DNA of 63,549 nucleotides, filler included, from Bonamia ostreae (Eukaryota): NCBI GenBank assembly GCA_040357525.1. It is 16 parts of 16 records of this genome, joined end to end, with 100 filler letters (N's around TTAATTAATTAA, not from the genome) between each part and the next. Parts side by side here need not be neighbours in the genome. Positions count along the whole stretch, not along the records: positions 55,775 to 59,613 come from JBDODL010000410.1; positions 59,714 to 63,549 come from JBDODL010000411.1; 14 more parts are not named here. One strand, 5' to 3'. Shown piece by piece: positions 59,048 to 63,549 of this stretch (position 1 is its first letter; each line of letters starts with the position of its first letter). The notes under the pieces were generated by a model. It saw only the letters and a program-made list of their open reading frames with translations, ran no database searches and was not told where the DNA came from. The position numbers and the translations under genes were made by a program.

Positions 59048-59444
59048 TTTTTAAACGATTTATATTTTTTTAATTTACGTCTTTAAATTTTTGGTGAGAG
59101 ACAGTCTCAGAGAGGAAACGCTCATGCTTCTACTGAGGACTGCCCCAGCGCATGTTAGACTCTGCATCGAAATGCAATGATATAACCCGTGAATCAAAAA
59201 TAGACATTGAAATGTAATGATATTGCAACATTCCCCATTTGAACAACCTTTCTAATCTTATTGTCACTCTTGAGACAGTTGGAACTTTAATGAGTTTGTA
59301 ACCCAACAAACTTGTTCTAGTTACGAAGCCATTATACTGGAAATAATTATGGTTTAACAAAATTGCACTTTAGTGATCTGTTTTAGTTTTTTGGAATTCG
59401 AGTTATTTTAAAATTATGGAACCATTTGAGTTTTATTTCATCAG

Positions 59445-59613
59445 TGTCTTAGAGTCAAAGCAATATTCGATTACGTCAAAAATGACCACAACGAATTGGA
59501 CCTCAAAAAAGACGAGACTTACAAAGTCATCGATATTAACGAACAATGGTGGCTTGTTATTGCCAGTGATAATTCTCAAGGATGGATTCCCTCAAATTAT
59601 GTTCAAAAACTGA
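59445..59613 (+). CDS. SH3-domain exon; absent from the ORF track
   Basis: After a CAG acceptor: CLRVKAIFDY...NELDLKK....VIDINEQWW.......GWIPSNYVQKL. Confidence 0.85.
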
Positions 59614-59713
59614 NNNNNNNNNNNNNNNNNNNNNNNNNNNNNNNNNNNNNNNNNNNNTTAATTAATTAANNNNNNNNNNNNNNNNNNNNNNNNNNNNNNN
59701 NNNNNNNNNNNNN

Positions 59714-62100
59714 AAATTCAATTCGATCAAAATACAAATTTTTTAACTTCGAGTAATCACATTCTTTCTTTGTAAAATTTTCAGTCATTTTATTGTCATC
59801 AATAGCATTATCTCTAAAATCGGTCTTGTAGCCAATACCATTATTTTTCAAATTGATCTTGTCGCCAATATCATTATCTTGCAATTTATTGGTTTCACCA
59901 GAATCAGAAATTTTATCATAACTCAAATCCGTTATTTTTCTGTTACAAACATTTTCCAAATCTTTAATCTCAAAATTTTGTTGATAATAAATCCATTTTG
60001 CGTTATTGCATTTGGATACTAATTCTGATCCATTGTTAACGCAAATTAGATCTATCTTTTTGTTATTCACTGCTTTCATTTGTGATAATAAATTGGATGC
60101 GATGACAGGAATAATTTTCACCGAATTTGATAAATTTTTATAGGCACAACTCTTCTGTTTGTCTTTGAAAAAATGTTTATAAAACTGTGACAGGCGAGTT
60201 TTCCAAAATATTCATTATCACCATCCAAAAAAATATGAATTGATTTGTCAATGCATTTTATTGTAACGGTGTCAAGAAAGTAATCGAAAATCTTAAAGTT
60301 TTTGTTCTCGTTGGAACAAATTAAAATCGTTAGGGAATCGTTTGTTAGAATAAAATCGTCAAAAGATGAAAATATTGGAGAAATTACCTCATTCGCATCT
60401 ACTTTAGCTCTAAAAGCTTCTTTGTTTATCATGCAACCATTACAAATTTGATCGATATTCAAGTTATTTATCAATTTATTTTCTTTCCCGCCATTTACAA
60501 AAAATTCGAAAAACCACTTGTTGTTGTTGCAACGGATATTAAACCAAACCGACGAATTTTCTTTGCATACTACTTTTTGTAAATGGCCGTTTCTGTACAA
60601 AACGTTTTCAATCGATGCAATTTTTGCAAATCTCTCATTGATTGTATTGATACTACAATATTCATCTAAGGTGGATACACATTTTATTGTGCTCGCACTT
60701 TTGTTAAAAGCGGCCAATAAATGCACATTGTTACATACCAAAATGCTATTTGGAAGATACTTGTCTTTCTCTATCTCAAGATATTTAGAAAAGTCTTTAC
60801 ATTTCATCTTCAAATTCAGCGAGTTTTCATTTTGGCTCAAATATACTTCCATTTCAGGCGAAACAGTGAGATCGCAGTTGAAACAGATTAAGTTCAAATT
60901 TTCTGATATCCGAAAATACCTGTTTTCATCGTTTAAACTAAAGTTCCAACCGTTATCTTTGCAGATCAAGTCAAAAGCAAAATTATTTGATCTACATGAA
61001 GCTTTAATTGCCGAATTAATTCGATATAACATTTCAAAATTTTGTTTCGGAAGAAAAATTTCATCTTGGAATTTTGACAAGTCGCAAAGAGAGCTGCTTT
61101 CGGTATCAGTGCAAAAAACGGTTTCGTTTAGTTCTTCATAATTTTCTGTCCATTTAATGTAAAATTTGGTGTTTTCGCATTTTATTTGTACTGATTGGGA
61201 CAAAAACAAAAAATTTGTTTTGCTTTGAATCCAATAATTCGAATTTTTGCATTTGAAAATCGATTCTTGTTTGTCTTCCATGAAATCGTTATTAATTTCT
61301 GGAATAATGTTAGTCATAAAAAGGTTCTCTTCTTTATTGCAGCCTTATTTGATTAAATAACTTGTTACATCCAAACGATTTTTTATCATATTCAATAGTT
61401 ANNNNNNNNNNNNNNNNNNNNNNNNNNNNNNNNNNNNNNNNNNNNNNNNNNNNNNNNNNNNNNNNNNNNNNNNNNNNNNNNNNNNNNNNNNNNNNNNNNN
61501 NATTTGATTAAATAACTTGTTACATCCAAACGATTTTTTATCATATTCAATAGTTAATTTAAAAAAACTGGAACAATAGGAATCGACATCTATAATATCG
61601 CTAGAAGAGGGATTTAAATATTCAACAACATTATCTTTACAAAAAATTTTTAATTTTCGGTTCGATTTTTTGCATTTTACTAAAATTGAAGAATCGTTTT
61701 TTATAAAAGTTTCCTTCAAAAACTCTTGAAACTTTATATTAGAATTCAACGAATCTAGTTTGCAGGGAGTAAAATGGTTTCTACATGTTATGTACTTGTT
61801 GTAGTTAATGAAATAATTTAAATTTGTTGTTGTCAATTTGAATGTATCTTCAGAACAGACAAAATTGGCATATTCCAAATAAACTTTGAAAAAATTAATA
61901 TAGACAAAATCTTCATTTGGACACTTTAATGAAAAAAATTGCTCATTTGAAAATCTTTGGCCGATGTCAAAAGTTTCACCATTGATAAGCAACGGTAATT
62001 TAATTCTTGTTTTATTCATATTTGACACAGTGCAATCTATTTTTATTATAAAGATAAACCATTTTTAGTTTTAAAAATAAAAGAGAGTAGAATGGTGAAT
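59714..62100 (-). CDS. Large Cys/Asn-rich putative surface protein, partial; spans a gap
   Basis: Consecutive long ORFs with regularly spaced Cys (C..N.W, C.D). Duplicated sequence flanks the 61402-61501 gap. Confidence 0.65.
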
Positions 62101-62523
62101 GTATAAATTCGGATCATTTTCGGTTAATTTTTCCAATAAGCGTTTTAAATTGACTCTAAATGGAGTTTTTTATAATTGAACCCGTAAACAAATTTTTAAA
62201 TTGAACAAGAATTTTCAACCACTACTCTGAATTAAATAAAATGAATACTAATTAAAATTAGTTAATTCTCCAATCACAAAATTACAAATATAATAAAAAA
62301 ATTTATGTTAAAAATTTAATTATTTTAAAAAATGATAATATAAAATTTTAAAAGATCATAATTAAAAATGATTTAAAATTTAATGTTTATTCGTAATTAT
62401 CTAAAACAGTGATTTTTGTTTTTAAATAATTTAAAGATCGTTTTATTCATGGATTAATTTTTAAAATACATTTCAAAAACTGATAAAATCATTTTAATAT
62501 TAAAATATAACCCGGTTAGTTTA

Positions 62524-63549
62524 ATGGCTAATAATAAATTTAGAAGTGGTTGCGCAAAATTGAAAGAACTTTACAAAAATCATTTCTTGCTCGTCTTTAC
62601 CCTTTGCCTCATCAAACTGGCCCCCGCGTTATTAGTTTTTTTTAATAATTTATTGTAAAATTAATTAGTTCGCAGAATTATAATTAAAATTATATTTTTG
62701 ATCAATAATTTAATCTTGCCAATTTTACAATATGCATAAATTGCCAATATTTTATAAAAACAGTTATCGCTAGTCAACCCTTACGTCAGTGCACAATTGG
62801 AAAATATAGAATCAAATAGTTTATTGGTCGGATTAGCCCTATCAATGAACACCATCTCTGTTTTTATGACGTGTATGTTTTTTGGGTATTACAGCGAATG
62901 GTCTTATTTCGGGAGGAACGCAACAATTACTTTTGGAATTGTTACCACGGCCGGGTCGAGCATGCTCATCGGAATCGCTGAATCATACGCCGTCTTTTTT
63001 ATTATTTTGTCCGTTTCGGGTGTTGGCGCGGCTGCAACAATGTGCTGTGCCTATTCGATAATATTAGATGCGATTCCTGGTCATCTTTTAGTACTCGCTT
63101 TGGCACACATGGAATTTTTTGAGGCTGTTGGATGGACTGTTTTATTTTTTGTTATTTTTACGCAACTAAAATTGGTTAAAAGGTCGGTCCACTTTTATTC
63201 GGAACGATATTGACATCAAAGAAAAAAGTATTTTATCCGTTTTTAGCAGTTGGATTGGTGCAACTAACAATAGCAATATATTCCTGCGTTGTTATGTTTT
63301 TCCAATTGAAACCAGTCAGAAAGAAAGCAAGAGAGTTTTAAAATTGCAATAAAAGGGATGATAAAATTATAAAGAAAACGGTCTTTGAAAAGCTAAAATT
63401 GATTTTTACAAGAAAAGAGGCTTACATTGTGTTGGTATCAAACTTTGTCACTTGTTTCAGCTTCCGTTTTGTTGGCTCTATCATGGCTTTGCACTACGAT
63501 GACAATTTTCGAAGCAAACTTTTTTTTTCTGTTCCTGGTGGGCCCATTG
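62524..63549 (+). CDS. MFS transporter, 3'-partial
   Basis: G..S....GR motif A-like loop, multiple TM helices, and VGWT|VGP across a GT-AG intron. Confidence 0.85.

Noticed and set aside
59180-59190. TAACCC as a telomerase RNA template
   Set aside because: Only one 6-mer, without the roughly 1.5-repeat template expected.
3923-59713. Regularly spaced TTAATTAATTAA flanked by Ns as a biological repeat or CRISPR-like array
   Set aside because: It is an artificial six-frame-stop linker between size-sorted scaffolds. Gene neighbourhood across linkers carries no meaning.
61345-61555. Direct repeat flanking the 100-N gap
   Set aside because: Probably an overlap of contig ends at a scaffold gap rather than a real duplication.
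1-63549. Stop-codon reassignment or programmed frameshifting to explain broken ORFs
   Set aside because: Nearly every break resolves with a GT-AG micro-intron, and genes end in TAA, TGA or TAG. Gln uses CAA/CAG even in the foreign scaffold.

Overview
This is not one locus. The window is 16 unrelated, size-sorted scaffolds of about 3.84-3.92 kb, joined by artificial N44-TTAATTAATTAA-N44 linkers, plus four internal 100-N gaps. They come from an AT-rich, very compact, intron-dense unicellular eukaryote. A parasitic protist such as a haplosporidian/ascetosporean is my guess, but the sequence cannot prove it. Splicing by hand reconstructs many conserved genes that the ORF track breaks up: UPF1, mitochondrial IF2, hemC, a PP2C, U1A/U2B'', PGM3, Bin3/MEPCE, SQLE, RIO2, USO1, RPLP1, PPi-PFK, NAB2, CBP80, FBPase, eS31, NEDD8, SEC31, RCD1, RPP40, an abLIM-like protein, a kringle surface protein and tRNA-Pro. 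The main signals are: (1) tiny GT-AG introns with a sharp mode at 20 nt and GTTT rather than GTAAG donors; (2) an AT-AC intron in SEC31 with a divergent ATATTTTA donor, suggesting a modified minor (U12) spliceosome; (3) one compositionally foreign, intronless, virus-like scaffold with a ~1200-codon coiled-coil frame broken by a single TAA; (4) a C-rich to G-rich skew flip inside long exons; (5) head-to-head genes only 24-31 bp apart with a recurrent TTAG(C/T) element near start codons; (6) several structured ncRNA candidates, including a possible RNase P/MRP RNA. All intron calls are manual and homology-guided, not transcript-verified.
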